From: Glycera tridactyla
Lineage: Eukaryota
Length of the DNA: 64,000 nt
Assembly: GCA_965644265.1 (NCBI GenBank)
Contig: OZ286459.1
Coordinates: forward strand, 59,644,001 to 59,708,000
Direction: 5' to 3'
Each line of letters opens with the position of its first letter. Position 1 is the stretch's first letter. Positions 1 to 12,219 of the stretch are shown here, piece after piece. Both the position numbers and the translations under genes were made by a program. The notes beneath the pieces were generated by a model. It had not been told where the DNA came from. It saw nothing but the letters and a program-made list of their open reading frames with translations, and made no database searches.

Positions 1-1651
1 CGCATGGTGGTGGAGAGCTGTACAAAGCAAGGCACGTAGCGAACGTCTGGCTAGGCTTGCTCCAAGATCTTGGCGGCGGGTGGAGAGAGGGGGACGTGCG
101 TATATCTACTACACGCGAGTCACCTCGACCTGTTTAGGCTGGCAGTACCACACGGTGCATGTAAATCCCGTGTAATCCGACGTAGAATCTATTTTGCCGC
201 AATGGATAAGCCAAGAAATATAGAACTCACATGAAAACGATCATAAGATTGGAAAATCTCGGCATCAAATAGCGTGGTATTCATGCATAAATCTCGAAAA
301 TACGTCGTATATTTGCCAGAAACACTGAGAATATCGAGTGGCATCTTCTCTACTGGGCGCTGCCATTTTGAATCTAGCCTCATTCACCTGGATCATAAGC
401 TGCTTCTTACTCTCAAAGATAATCATTAAACATGAATATTTCACTTATTGATCAACGCACCATGCAATCAAACACTTGATTGGCTTTGAAGAGTAAAATA
501 CTTAAACATCTACTCATAATATGCTTCAAAACTACAGTTTGAAATGAACAAGAAAAAGTGGAGTTTATTCATATCATTAGCAGTATATAACCATATATAG
601 AGCCAACATTAATCATGAGCTGGCCAGAAATCTCATGATATAGGAGCAATTTTCATGAAAAGTAGACTCATAAAGTGCCATCCAAGTGATCCATACAAAG
701 CAGACAGGCCTTTACAACAAACTTACCAGATTTCATAGGAATCAAAGCAGTTTATCACAATCAATTAGCTGCTTAAAAAAAGTGTTAAAATATGTTCAAT
801 TTTTTGTCATCTAAACTGCAGTCCCAATGGCAGTGGTACGAAGAAGGCTGCTTGCAAGGCAGGCATCCTTAAAAACGTATAGAAATGTTACCGATAGCAG
901 CCCTGTGCAAGCTGTGATCTGGGTGCACACGTGCTTTTCATAATGTTAGTAATCAGAGCTTCGAATATGTTGAATTCAGCCATAGATATGTGGTCCATGG
1001 CAGACAGTGGCGAGACTTCTTTCACCCAGTCGTTGGAATTCTTTATCGTTTTGAGCAGCATATGCAAATTGGCACAGCTAGATGTGTGGTAAAATACCAA
1101 GCGGGTCTGAATAAATATTGACGCACTAACACTTTGATCAGAATTGAGACATTGAGTGAATCATCACCTTCTTTTGGGGACCCAGGAGAAGTCTTGAATT
1201 TTCTCCAACGACAACCGCCAAAATCGGGTGGAGATCGGGGGTTGGAGATTGTGCCGATCTCCCACGCTGATTACCGTGACGCGAGCCTAGTTCCCTCCGT
1301 CGCCGCTGGGTGGCGCGTCAATTATTCGTATGTGCAGACGTTTCACATAATTATACCGTTTCTGTCGAGAATATGGGGAATATGGATGAATAAATGTGAT
1401 GAAAAATCAGTGAATATGATTTTCTTCCTTTAGAACTCATGCCATCGTCATTTGCTTGAACAAAAAAGACGAAAATGTCACCCATATATAATGATTCGTG
1501 AGTGTTTATGACCCTAAAATGGAGACCATTTGGACGCTAACTTTGACATCGAACAAACTAGACACTACATCTACTTAAATGGCACATGTCAAACTCGATC
1601 TTAATTAAGAAAATAGTTGTGGAATTAATGTAATAATGGCCGTTGGAGAAA

Positions 1652-1803
1652 AACAAGAACCAATGAGCGTTGTGGATCGGCACATCTCCAACTCGGCGGC
1701 GCCGGCAGCGTCCGTCACTCGGCCTGGCGGCCTCGTGACGGACGCCGCCGGCGCCTGCCTCGTTGGAGATTGTGCCGATCCACAACGCTCATTGGTTCTT
1801 GTT
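1652..1803. repeat. 152-nt near-perfect foldback inverted repeat
   Basis: Outer arms of about 41 bp (one indel) plus inner GC-rich arms of 21 bp (one mismatch). Confidence 0.9.
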
Positions 1804-3339
1804 ATAATCCCATACCCACTGTATGAGCGTCACAATATAGCGCATTTGGCACTGGCGTGACGTCAACCAAGAATCAATCTAATTAATCAAGTTGATTCAG
1901 TTTCACTTCAATTTGCCCGCCAAATTTTGACCTGATATGAACTTTAACACGCCACCTAACGACCGGATAGCGAACCAGTAATTTATGTTTCAAATCGCGT
2001 CTCTCAATCTCTTGAGGAATAGAAGATACTTTCGTTTGAACTATAGAGACAGAATAATATCGCTTGGGTGACATTGTGGGAAGGAATATTTTTGTAAACT
2101 GATCTGGGTGAGAATATGAATGATAAACCTGTAAAGAAAGTATCATAGACCATCTACTCAATCTACATTCCTCTGAAACCTGAATGACGGATTCAGCAGA
2201 AGAAAATTCGGGAACATTGGGAGACATTTGAGGAATATAGGCAGGCCTTCGCTAATAAACGATAGATTATTTTCCGATGAGCAAATCTGCCAGAGACTAT
2301 CCGGAAGATCATATTTAATTTAATTTCGATAAGGACAGTCTGCTTTTCTGACACTTGGTTGGCCATATCCAGTCACGTGATCACGAATTTTGAACTGACA
2401 GCAAGGCGACACACAGACAGATCTAAGTGTGTTGATCGAGCAATCATGTAAGTTCTAAGTCGAATTTTGTATATTTAGGTCAGTTTATTGAGAAGTAGAC
2501 ATTGTTTCTTGATAATTTACTATTGCGGCAACTTCCCGACGTGTTTCAGAGCTTGGATCGGTCGTGTCTAGCCGCTTATTATGATATTCGTCTGTCAAAA
2601 ACATGACCGTATTTGCGTTTCCCGGTTTCATCTCAAGGCTGTGGCTAGGGTCACGCTGTCAAATGTCCGGTTTCAGCTCTTCAGGATGGACCAGGTTCCT
2701 TTTGTGAAGATTGGCGATTTCGCACGTGGCCCCGTTGATCATATGGCCATTAGATCAGTGTCTGATAATCCCATCTTGAATGATGACCCCTTCCCCCTAC
2801 CCGATTAGTCATTTGCTTAATATGGTGATGGCTTCGCCATGTTTGCGAGCGCAGCTTTGAAAGTGTCCCTCCTAACAGAATGCGGGCCCGGAGGCGGCAC
2901 TGCCGGTGCAGCCGTCTGTGGGCGAAATGAGGAGCGGCATGGTCATCGAAGCATACAAAACCCGTACCGATCGGGTGTTTCCGCCGATGTTCGGCAATCT
3001 CCGTAATTAATTCAAGATGGCGGTCGTTTTCGGAACGCGCGAGACCCGCAAAATCGTCGCAACTTCTTGCATTATCGCCGGTGAAATCATGTCATTGAGG
3101 ATTAATCAATTTTTTCATGGAATATATAACGCCAAATGGTTGAATCTGAACAATAAATTCAAATCGCAAAATCTCGTTCGGAAACCGGAAGCACATCTAT
3201 GTGACAGGAAGTAGAACTTCGTGGTTTCGTTTCATGGAGGAGGACGATGCCTTTCGTCTGCATCAGTTAGCAGTAGACAGATTCGATTGTATTCACCTGT
3301 ATTTCTTTGCGTGTACGTGTAATCATAAGAGCTCGCTAC

Positions 3340-3366
3340 GCGAGCGGCCGCTTCGCGGCCGCTCGC
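3340..3366. repeat. Perfect 12-bp GC hairpin within GCTCGC repeats (Helitron-type terminal hairpin?)
   Basis: GCGAGCGGCCGC-TTC-GCGGCCGCTCGC. Confidence 0.7.
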
Positions 3367-3664
3367 TGCGCTCGCTATCAAGACAACAACAACAATTAGT
3401 CATCAATAGGGGGGCAAGTAATCACGGACCTACATTAGTAATATACGTCCATGAAGTAATTAACCAGGTCGTGGACAACATGCCAATACCCTCTGGTGGC
3501 GTTGCTAACAAGACAAACAAATTGCCGCACCATTTTGTTTTGTACTCAGTATCATTGAAAATCATATTCCACGCCTTCACAGTTTACTTGTGAAGTTGAC
3601 ATGGCTTCCACCTGGGTACAGTTAACCCATGACATCAAAGTAGGCACACACATATATATATTCA

Positions 3665-3703
<39 letters not shown>

Positions 3704-3705
<2 letters not shown>

Positions 3706-3805
3706 GTCAAACCTCATCTAAAGACACCCTCTCTTAAGACCACCTCCCTATTTTCACCTCTCCCCTTTTTATGCGAGCAAAGGTGGTCTTTATAAAGAGG
3801 TTCAA

Positions 3806-3808
<3 letters not shown>
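3704..3808. mobile_element. CAGT-terminus MITE inserted in a (TA)n microsatellite
   Basis: TAGTCAAACCTC...GAGGTTCAACTG termini flanked by (TA)n runs at about 3650-3703 and 3809-3850. Confidence 0.75.
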
Positions 3809-3846
<38 letters not shown>

Positions 3847-4014
3847 CATATAGAGCAAGCTGAAACTAGGCTATTTCGAGGGCAACATATCGGTGTGAAT
3901 GTTCACCTAATCAAGATGCGAATTCTAACCTTTGTGTCATGTGAGTGACTATTCAAGTCTCACTCATCTGTTTTCATAGCTGATGTTAGTTCCTCAGGGT
4001 CATACATGCAAAGC

Positions 4015-5344
4015 CAGTGTTAGAAGTGTTCCCAAAATCATGGTTGCCCATCGGGCAACCAAATCTTAAGTCCTGGTTGCCCGAATGGATAGTGTAGTAG
4101 CCTGGAAATTTAGAAAAAGAAATGGCACTGGTGAATAATAATTTGACCCTGATTCTAAGATCTAGACTCACATGATGGGAGTGGACTCATACTTTTGGGA
4201 GCTTATTTGGATGAAGAAAACTCACTACAGAGCTGTACTTTGGCCCAGATATTTAGGAGCCAGCTGGCTCCAACATTGAAAATTTGGTTAGCAAGTGCAA
4301 AATTTTGGTAGCCAGTCAATACATTTCCAATTTCAACCTCTCAAAATTATAGGGGTGGCTGGCTCCTAACTTTTGAAATATGGTAGCCAGAGGGCAAATT
4401 CAATATTCTGCATGTTTTGCAATACATAAACTTATATGAAAACTAAGCAGAATACTTGCGAACAATGACCCCTCTTTTCATCTCTGAGATCATGTTATCA
4501 CTTGAAACATCTCATCACATAACCCAAGCCAGTGAAATGAAGTTTTACCAGTGTACATGTACCGTATTCTCCCTAATTAGCGCCCCGGGGCGCTTGCTAA
4601 TCGAGAAAGGGGGGCGCTTATTTGTTCACGATATGAAGAATCGCCGATGGGCGATAATAGGGTATTTTCGCAAACATAACTTCAATCCCGTGTTTTCAGA
4701 CATGGTTTGCTGCGATGAATAACCAAGTAATATCGAACTCACAGTAAAAACGATCGTGCGAATGAATTCCTAGGTATGAAATTGTGTGGTATCCATGCAT
4801 AAATCTCGCAAATCCGTTGAATACTTGCCGAAAACTGCAGAGATGTTAACAGTTGGTCAAGCAGCCTCTCCATACACTTGCGTCGCCATGTTGGATCTGG
4901 CCTCCTTGTCGACAGATTGAGTGGGAAATTCAAACATCTGGTACTGCCAAAGCGCCACCAACTCCCCCGGGGGGGGGGGAGGGTGCTTATGAGGGTCGGG
5001 GCGCTAATTAGGGAGAATACGGTATATACTCTGAAATTAGTTGGAAGAACATTCTTTTCGCTATTGGAAATTAGAGACCGACAACACATACAATCAGATC
5101 TATATGAATCAAAAGGATCTGAGAGTGGGGACAGTATCAAAGAGAGTTTTCACTGATAGTATACAAGTTCATCTTGAATTCATTCCAGATGTTGATGAGC
5201 ATGGTAGGTACTGGGCAGTTACCATGACAACTAATCAGTAGTATCACAGTTGGTGGCCCAATGGAGACAATATGTAGTGATCAGTTGCCCGTCACCCATT
5301 CCTGGTTGCCCCGGCGCCTCGGACCCACAACATTTCGAACCCTG
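4015..5344. mobile_element. hAT-like non-autonomous element with 5-bp TSD (AAAGC), containing nested repeats
   Basis: Termini CAGTGTTAGAAGTGTT versus rc CAGGGTTCGAAATGTT (13/16); AAAGC at 4010-4014 and 5345-5349; GGTTGCCC subterminal repeats at both ends. Confidence 0.6.
4562..5022. mobile_element. pogo/Tigger-type MITE (CCGTA termini, TA TSD), 461 bp
   Basis: Perfect 26-bp TIR CCGTATTCTCCCTAATTAGCGCCCCG; TA at 4560-4561 and 5023-5024. Confidence 0.9.
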
Positions 5345-6244
5345 AAAGCCATTTTATATGAAATCGAGTTTCTTTAATGATGGAGTCAAAGTACTGGCAT
5401 TCTCTCCTCACTTACACTCTCCCATCTGGAGATTGAGTTTGGTATCTCACTCTCCCTAAATCTAATTCACTCTCCCGAGATTATCCACACATGAGGTGTG
5501 GAAACCATGTCTAAAAGGTATTCTGTGGCAATGAGGAAGGTACGGACCAAAGCATGCATGCAAATCTTCCCTGAGTGTCACCCCTCCACTGGTTTCAATG
5601 CTCGTCAATAGCCAGTGACAGCTGAGCTTGTCCATGGTTGCTCGGTTGCTAGGGCCCGCTATCGCGACACCCCCACTCGCGGTGCTCACTGCACCTTCTC
5701 TCAAGAGGTTTATTGGGCTACGTGGCTCAATTGGAGGGCGTGAGTAATTTGACGGACGGGGGTTCCTGATTTCGAATATTCGCGATATAAGGCCATAAAT
5801 ACATCAGCTTTCACCAGTAACCACCATTTTTTGTCTCTGGAGGATCGTTCAGACAGATTTTGAGATGAAATAGCAACAAATGGCGGCGTTCTGTGCGGGA
5901 ATCCATTGCTGGGGGATCGCCGCCAGATGTCACCAACACGGGAAGGCGGGAGCGCGGGATTCACAATGGCGAAAGTTTGCCGCACAATCGTAATTTGCAT
6001 TGGTATTTGGAGGGGATAAACACATTGAAAAATTATGAAACTTCAGTTGAATAATCTTTCTGCATATGCCAATAGAACCCCGTATTCGCCTTTGTTGTAT
6101 ATTGTGTGGTTACTGAAATATCCAGCTTCAAAGTTTGGAAGTCAGCGAGTGAAAAACCAAGATGGCGGCCATTGTTTACATCCGATATCGCCGACTTTCA
6201 GCCACGATATAAAAAAAAGAATACACACGATTTGAAGTGTAATA

Positions 6245-6680
6245 CAGTAAACCTGTCTTGGGAGACCGCCCCAAATGCCAATGAATATTGGTCTCTCATT
6301 GGAGGTATATTCGACTATGTCAAATAGCAGGCATGTGATTCTTCTGCGGATTTCCGTGTTTTTGGTGACAATAGCAGGCCATGTACATGACAGCAAAGAG
6401 CCTTCTCTGTTGAGTATTTTGGCTTTTAGATCATGAAAATCGGACCAGTATTAGTGGAGATAGAGCATAATGTTTGTATGGAGTTCTGGTAGCCTTCAGT
6501 CACCTGTTATTTTGGTTTGTTGATCCACAAAATCTTAGTGTAAGTGCTCCCAGTCCGGTTTTCTGTGTCTTTGTTTGAGAGCCAATCACATCCCTGCAAA
6601 TAGAGAAGTGCTGATAAAGAGTGGTCTCCCATTAGAGGGTGGTCTCTCAAAAGAGGGGTCTCCCAAGACAGGTTTCACTG
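6245..6680. mobile_element. CAGT-terminus MITE, TA TSD, 436 bp
   Basis: TIR CAGT(G)AAACCTGTCTTGGGAGACC; TA at 6243-6244 and 6681-6682. Confidence 0.85.
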
Positions 6681-7926
6681 TACGTACAATCGATGAGGAA
6701 TTTAGTTTTCTTTATACATACGAAAACTCTCATTGTTGCGGCTCTGTCAATTTTGCGAGGAAGGTTGAAATTCGGGATCGTTGTCACTTGAAAAATTTGT
6801 CACCAGCGCTCAGAAACAATAGCCTCAAAACTTCTGACGTTTGATGGTCATTATGCCTTTCTCAGGGAAGAATCACAATTCTGCATTTTATTCAGCATCC
6901 GTCAAATGAGAGGTGTCCATTAATTGACTAACGACCTCCAAATGAGCTATGTAGCCCAATAGAGACGTTTTCCGCGACCTGATAACATACTTTCAGACTT
7001 TCATTCTCTTGAGACATTTTCTATGGTAATTTGTAGATGATAGTTCTATCACGTCGGAGCGGATTACAATCCTCTGGTGCCGTGATCGCGAGTGGTCACA
7101 CTCCCTATGTGCCGTCTGCAGCCAGCTGGTAATTGCTGCTATTAAGATTAGGAGGGGGTGTACGCATTGAGTGTAAGATCGCGCGACAGGACTGTGGTCA
7201 GGCGACCCCGGTCCTCCAGGCTAGTTCTCTTCATTGCAGTCAGTGGCGTCTCACAGTGCCACAGATACAAAAGTAGTATTTTTACAACCATCCATCAATG
7301 AAATAACACTCTGATCATATGAATAATTTGAGTGGACTATATCTTCATTTTTGATCATATTCTGAAATAGATTCGTCTTTATTGTGACTCCTCAGGAGAT
7401 TCGCTGCAAAAACAAACTCACCATAAACCTATGTTAATGACATCGGCTCCGTGTATATATCCACTGTAACAATTTATTCCTTCTGCGTATCAAAATAAGA
7501 ACTTCCCGGCTATTTTCGGGCAATTTTACTGGGTTTTCAGGCTTAACCAGCAGTGATCAGTGTTAGACATTCATCATCTATTAATGGTGTGGCAGAACTA
7601 TGATTAACCGCTCCGCGTGCCCTGGGTCAGCGGGACCACGTCCTCAACCTGCGTTTTTGAACTGCACCAAACAAAGCAGCACGAAAATTATCAATTTTTC
7701 TTGAACAAATTTTTTGCCCGCAAGTTTTTCCCCAGCCAAATACATCAATATAGATGACTATATTTGGTGTAAAATCAGAAAATGTACAATATTAACAGCT
7801 CCTTTGACCTTGTCCTTTGAATTTCGGGTACAAAAATTTAATCCTGAGTATGAATTTTGCATAAATCACATTGATGAATTTTATGAAAATTTGACCAGAC
7901 GATCCAAAGAAATGTGACTGGACATA

Positions 7927-8103
7927 CAGTGAAACCTGCTTGAGAGTAAACCTGCGCTAGGCAAAATCCTGTCGTAAGCACATACCCCACGGTCTGCCCG
8001 GATGTTTTTTTCTCACTATAATTGTCCTGCGCTAAGCAAAATCCTGTCCTAAGTGAAAGAAAAATTTGGTCCTGTGACTTTTCACTTAAGACAGGTTTTA
8101 CTG
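7927..8103 (-). mobile_element. 177-bp CAGT MITE (TA TSD), inverted copy of 12043-12219
   Basis: CAGTGAAACCTG...CAGGTTTTACTG, TA on both sides; near-identical in reverse complement to 12043-12219. Confidence 0.9.
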
Positions 8104-8439
8104 TATTTACGTACACCATTACATATGGACGCTGGGGAGGGGGGGGGGGGGGGGGTGAGAGTATAATACACGTACCCGCTTTTTCAAAAGCGGGGTATCA
8201 AAATGGGAGGACCAGTGAAATACTGGGAGGACCAGTGTAAATGAAGATTACAGTAGAACCTGTATTCAGCAACCACCCTTGGGAAGCCTAAAAGGGTCGC
8301 TGAATACAGGTGGTTGCTGAATACAGGTGAATTAATGTGAACAAGTATGGTGACACAATAACCGGACTAGTAGGTTTTCAATTCGGACTAGTGAGTTTCC
8401 TAAACCACTAGTGGGTTTCAGAATTTTTGTCACACCCTG

Positions 8440-8612
8440 GGGTAGGTTGGCTGATGGATAGGTTGGCTTGTGTGTAGGTTGGTCGATGGGTGGGTATGTG
8501 GGTGGGTAGGTAGGTCAGTTGGTAGGTTGGTAGTTGGGTGGGCAGGTAGGTTAGGTAGGTTGGCTGATGGGTAGGTTGGTTTGTGTGTAGGTTGGTCGAT
8601 GGGTAGGTAGGT
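8440..8612 (+). repeat. GGTA/GGTT-rich degenerate simple repeat (second block at about 8990-9090)
   Basis: Repeated GGTAGGTTGG units. Confidence 0.8.
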
Positions 8613-11429
8613 TCAAGGATATTCCTGGAGTGAGATTTGGGGAGAATCTCCCATCAAATTCTCAAATTTCCAATTCGTCTGAAAGTATTCGGGACAAATT
8701 GTCCCAAGGGCTCTGATCAAAGATCCATAATAAGATTCCATTTCATTTCACTTACTTGAAGCGACTTCGAAGTGTACTTCGAAAGAACTATCACTCACAC
8801 TATTGTCTGCTCGTTGTAAGAAATCCTTAATCTGAGAGTTCCTTTCAGTGAGCAGACTATTGTATGGAAAATCCAGCATATTGTTCCTGATGGATGAGAA
8901 GTTGTCTCATCATCTTCAGAATTGTCTCATTGGTTTGAGGTTGTCTGGGACATTTGTCTCATTCACTTAACTACTCAGGAATTTCCCTGTTGGTTGGTAG
9001 GTAGTTTGGGTCAGTGGGTGATTGGGTTGACTTGTTGGTAGGTTTGTGGTTGGGTGAGTACCATATGTGGGTAAGTGGGAGATGGATAGGAAAAAACACA
9101 ACACGAACGAACATTTCCGGAACTCGTGGGGTTATACCTTTATTCTTAGTTCTGGCAATGTTATCCACTTCTGACGCATCTTGACCTTTCACGAATGATT
9201 TTCAGAAATTGTTGTCCGTTACAAAATTTGCGGACCACTAAAAAAATTGCGGACCACTAGATTTCAAAATCTACTGGTCTGCTTGGACCACTAGATTGCT
9301 CGATCCCGTTTGCAGCATTGGTTACTGGTACTTAGGATGATTGTTTGTCACGGGTTTCATTGTACATTGATATTTACACAGTAACACTGAGACTGTGATT
9401 GGTCTAGACAAGAAGTGTTGGCGGAGGCAGGGTTAATTTAACCCACATCATGCATGAGTCATCCAGGTATGTGAACGGGTCAGTCGGCAACTCAATGTTG
9501 TTATCAACAGTTCTGATCCATGATAGACCCTCATGCTCTGTGTAATGGGATGAATACTGGGGTATATTAGGCTGCATCATGTTTACCTTCAGCCACCCAA
9601 GTGGCTGGATTATCATGCATTATTTGCTGAAGTATTGTGCATGTATACACATCCTGGACATCACTGCTCACTGGTCCTTCGTCACCCACGCCTACATAGA
9701 CTATCTATTCCCAGCAGTGAGGAGTATTCTCATCAAATATGTGTTACTTTAGTTGTCACTGGACCATAATAGAGTCCCATTGATGGTGACACGTCTATTT
9801 TCGAGGTGAAGAATTGTGGGAGCTGCACTCACTGTTGGAGGCCGTTTTGGTTGGATGAACAAGTAAGAGTGGTCTTCTGCCTCGCACATGGAGTTAGCAC
9901 TCTATTATCATCTACCTGTTGATGAAGGAGTGACGATTCTCCCACCCGTTAATGTGATCACAGTTTAGTGGAGCAGATGGGATTGAACATCCACCTAGTG
10001 TGGTCAAGTGGTCAGTTATCTGCGGTACATTACCTCCACCATGCATCCAGACTCCCAGGATTGAAGAACTTTTCAATACAACACACTCTGTGACCTCGCA
10101 GTTGGCACTCACTGCATGACGAAACCTCACAGCTATGTAGGTGTCGTATTCTCAACTTTGCTTTTTATTGATCTGGAGGACGGTTGAAGTACGGAGATCA
10201 CATATTCCTTCACCTGTTAAGTGGATGATGGGAAGCAGTATCGTGGATCTGATGAGATGATTCAAGCTTATTGAGGAGGCTGGAGAGTAGCATCTCGTCC
10301 AGGATTGCATGTCTACTAGTACTCAAGGCAGTATTGATTGTTGTCAGTTGTACGGCGGGAGTGATAAAAACTTGCAACGCTTTATCTTCAACAGTTGTTT
10401 GGAATTCAAACGGGAGTGTGTTTTTATAGCCAGCTGGAGAGTAGGAGTTTAAAGTTATTGGACGAGTGCCTTCATGATGAGTTGGCCATCTATGGAATCT
10501 ACCTTCTTCCGTCTACCGCACTCACTTCCATTCTTATATCGCTGTTGTATGCATGCCAACACAGGAGTTTAACCAGACAGAAATGGTGTGTTGGTTGGGA
10601 GGATTCACCTGCAAGCCATCTCCGTGATAGTCTTGCTTGATTGACATAATGTGATCCTGCTTCTACTTTTGACTCCTGGGACCTCTCGAAAATAGCACTA
10701 TGGTGAAAAGTTGCGAGACGTTTCATGGATTTATACCAATTCTCGTTTCCCATTCAAGCTGATTATTGGATGGACTTCTAATCTCATTGTTTTATTTATT
10801 CACATAAGACAAACAATGCTCTGCTTAGGATTATTCACTGAGGATTGCTACCATAATGGCTGTTACCGGATAGAGTTTCTTGTGGATGCCATTGTTGACA
10901 ATACTGACAGCAACATGTTTCACCATTGATGTTCTGCATTGAATATTTATGAGAATGGGAAGGTATGATGCTCTGAATCCATCTGATTTCTGTCACTCTT
11001 GGTTGAATGAAAAGTGTCAAATCAATGAGGAAATCAAGCATACTTGTACAAAGGGGTGGCTTGCCAGGAGTGTAACTGCTTCTAAGATTTACGTTTCTGT
11101 TGTGGTAAATGACCACTTCCCCCCCCCCCCCCCCCCCCTCCCGAATAAAATTAAAGAAATAGTAATGGTGAAATTGATCTATCTCTTTGTGAGAGTTTTT
11201 TTTTCAATCATAGTATTTTTGGTATTTTTTGTGTTGATGCTTTTGAATCTTTGAAATGGACTTTTGTCATGCCATAGAATCAATATCAGTTGAACAGCTC
11301 CCTAGATGTATCTAATGCTAAATTTCACAATGTAGTGGTACAAAGTCACTGACAACTGTGTAGGTACTTTCAACATAAGAATGAAGAATTGAGCCCGTTA
11401 TAAAAAGGACTTTGATTGGCTATTCATGC

Positions 11430-11734
11430 AAGAACCAATTTTGCTACCTGTGGTTAGCCAGATGTTACCAAATTTAGACCCTGGCTTTCGAAAATGCAAA
11501 GTTTGGAGAAGTTTTGTGTGTCAGGGCTCTACGTTGCTACCTGTGGGTAGCCAATTGCTACCAAATTTACCCTCCAGCTACCATATTTTGAAAGTTAGGA
11601 GCCAGCCTCCCCTAAAATTTTGCAAGGTTGTAATTGGAAATGTATTGATTGGCTACCAAATTTTTGCACTTGCTACCGAAAAATTCAACTTGGGAGCCAG
11701 CTGGCTCCTAAATATTTTGGTCAACATAGAGCTC
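11430..11734 (+). repeat. GCTACC/TAGCCAG dispersed repeat family with CAGGGCTCTA-like termini (other copies at about 4225-4400 reversed, 21690-21895, 23290-23470)
   Basis: Shared blocks such as GGCTACCAAA..TTTTGCACT.GCTACC and GGAGCCAGCTGGCTCCTA.ATATTTTGG. Confidence 0.75.
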
Positions 11735-12042
11735 TGTGTGTACATGTATGTGTGTGGGGTAGGGGTAGGGGTAGGGCCAAGGCCAAGGTGTGGGGGTGGG
11801 GGGGGGGTGGTGGAGGGGTTTGGGTGTGTGTGGGGGGGGGGGGGTTGGTGCATATGGGTGTTGGGGGGGGGTTATGAGTTTTTATATGTACCTGCATGTA
11901 TATGTATGTGCATGCACACACATACACACACACAAACAAATACACAGGGCGCGAAGACATCGAAAAAACTCAATTCAAAATCACCCACTCCCCTCCAAAA
12001 ACAACCCGCCCAAGCACGATTGTGGAAACACTCGTATATATA

Positions 12043-12219
12043 CAGTGAAACCTGTCTTAAGTGAAAAGTCACAGGACCAAATTTTTCTTCCACTTAAGAC
12101 AGGATTTTGCTTAGCACAGGACAATTATAGTGAGAAAAAAACATCCGGGCAGACCTTGGGGTATGTGCTTAAGACAGGATTTCGCCTAGCACAGGCTTAC
12201 ACTCAAGCAGGTTTCACTG
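12043..12219 (+). mobile_element. 177-bp CAGT MITE (TA TSD)
   Basis: CAGTGAAACCTGTCTTAAG...CAGGTTTCACTG, TA on both sides. Confidence 0.9.

Noticed and set aside
9330-10760. Possible Penelope or RTE retroelement relic
   Set aside because: Only vague resemblances (LATFHH, DHINGWEN, a 95-codon open frame); no catalytic motif could be assembled.
11750-11880. G-quadruplex regulatory element
   Set aside because: Long G/C homopolymers occur throughout the window (about 8140, 11120, 31540, 37215, 41610, 47690), so this looks like a genome-wide trait rather than a specific signal.
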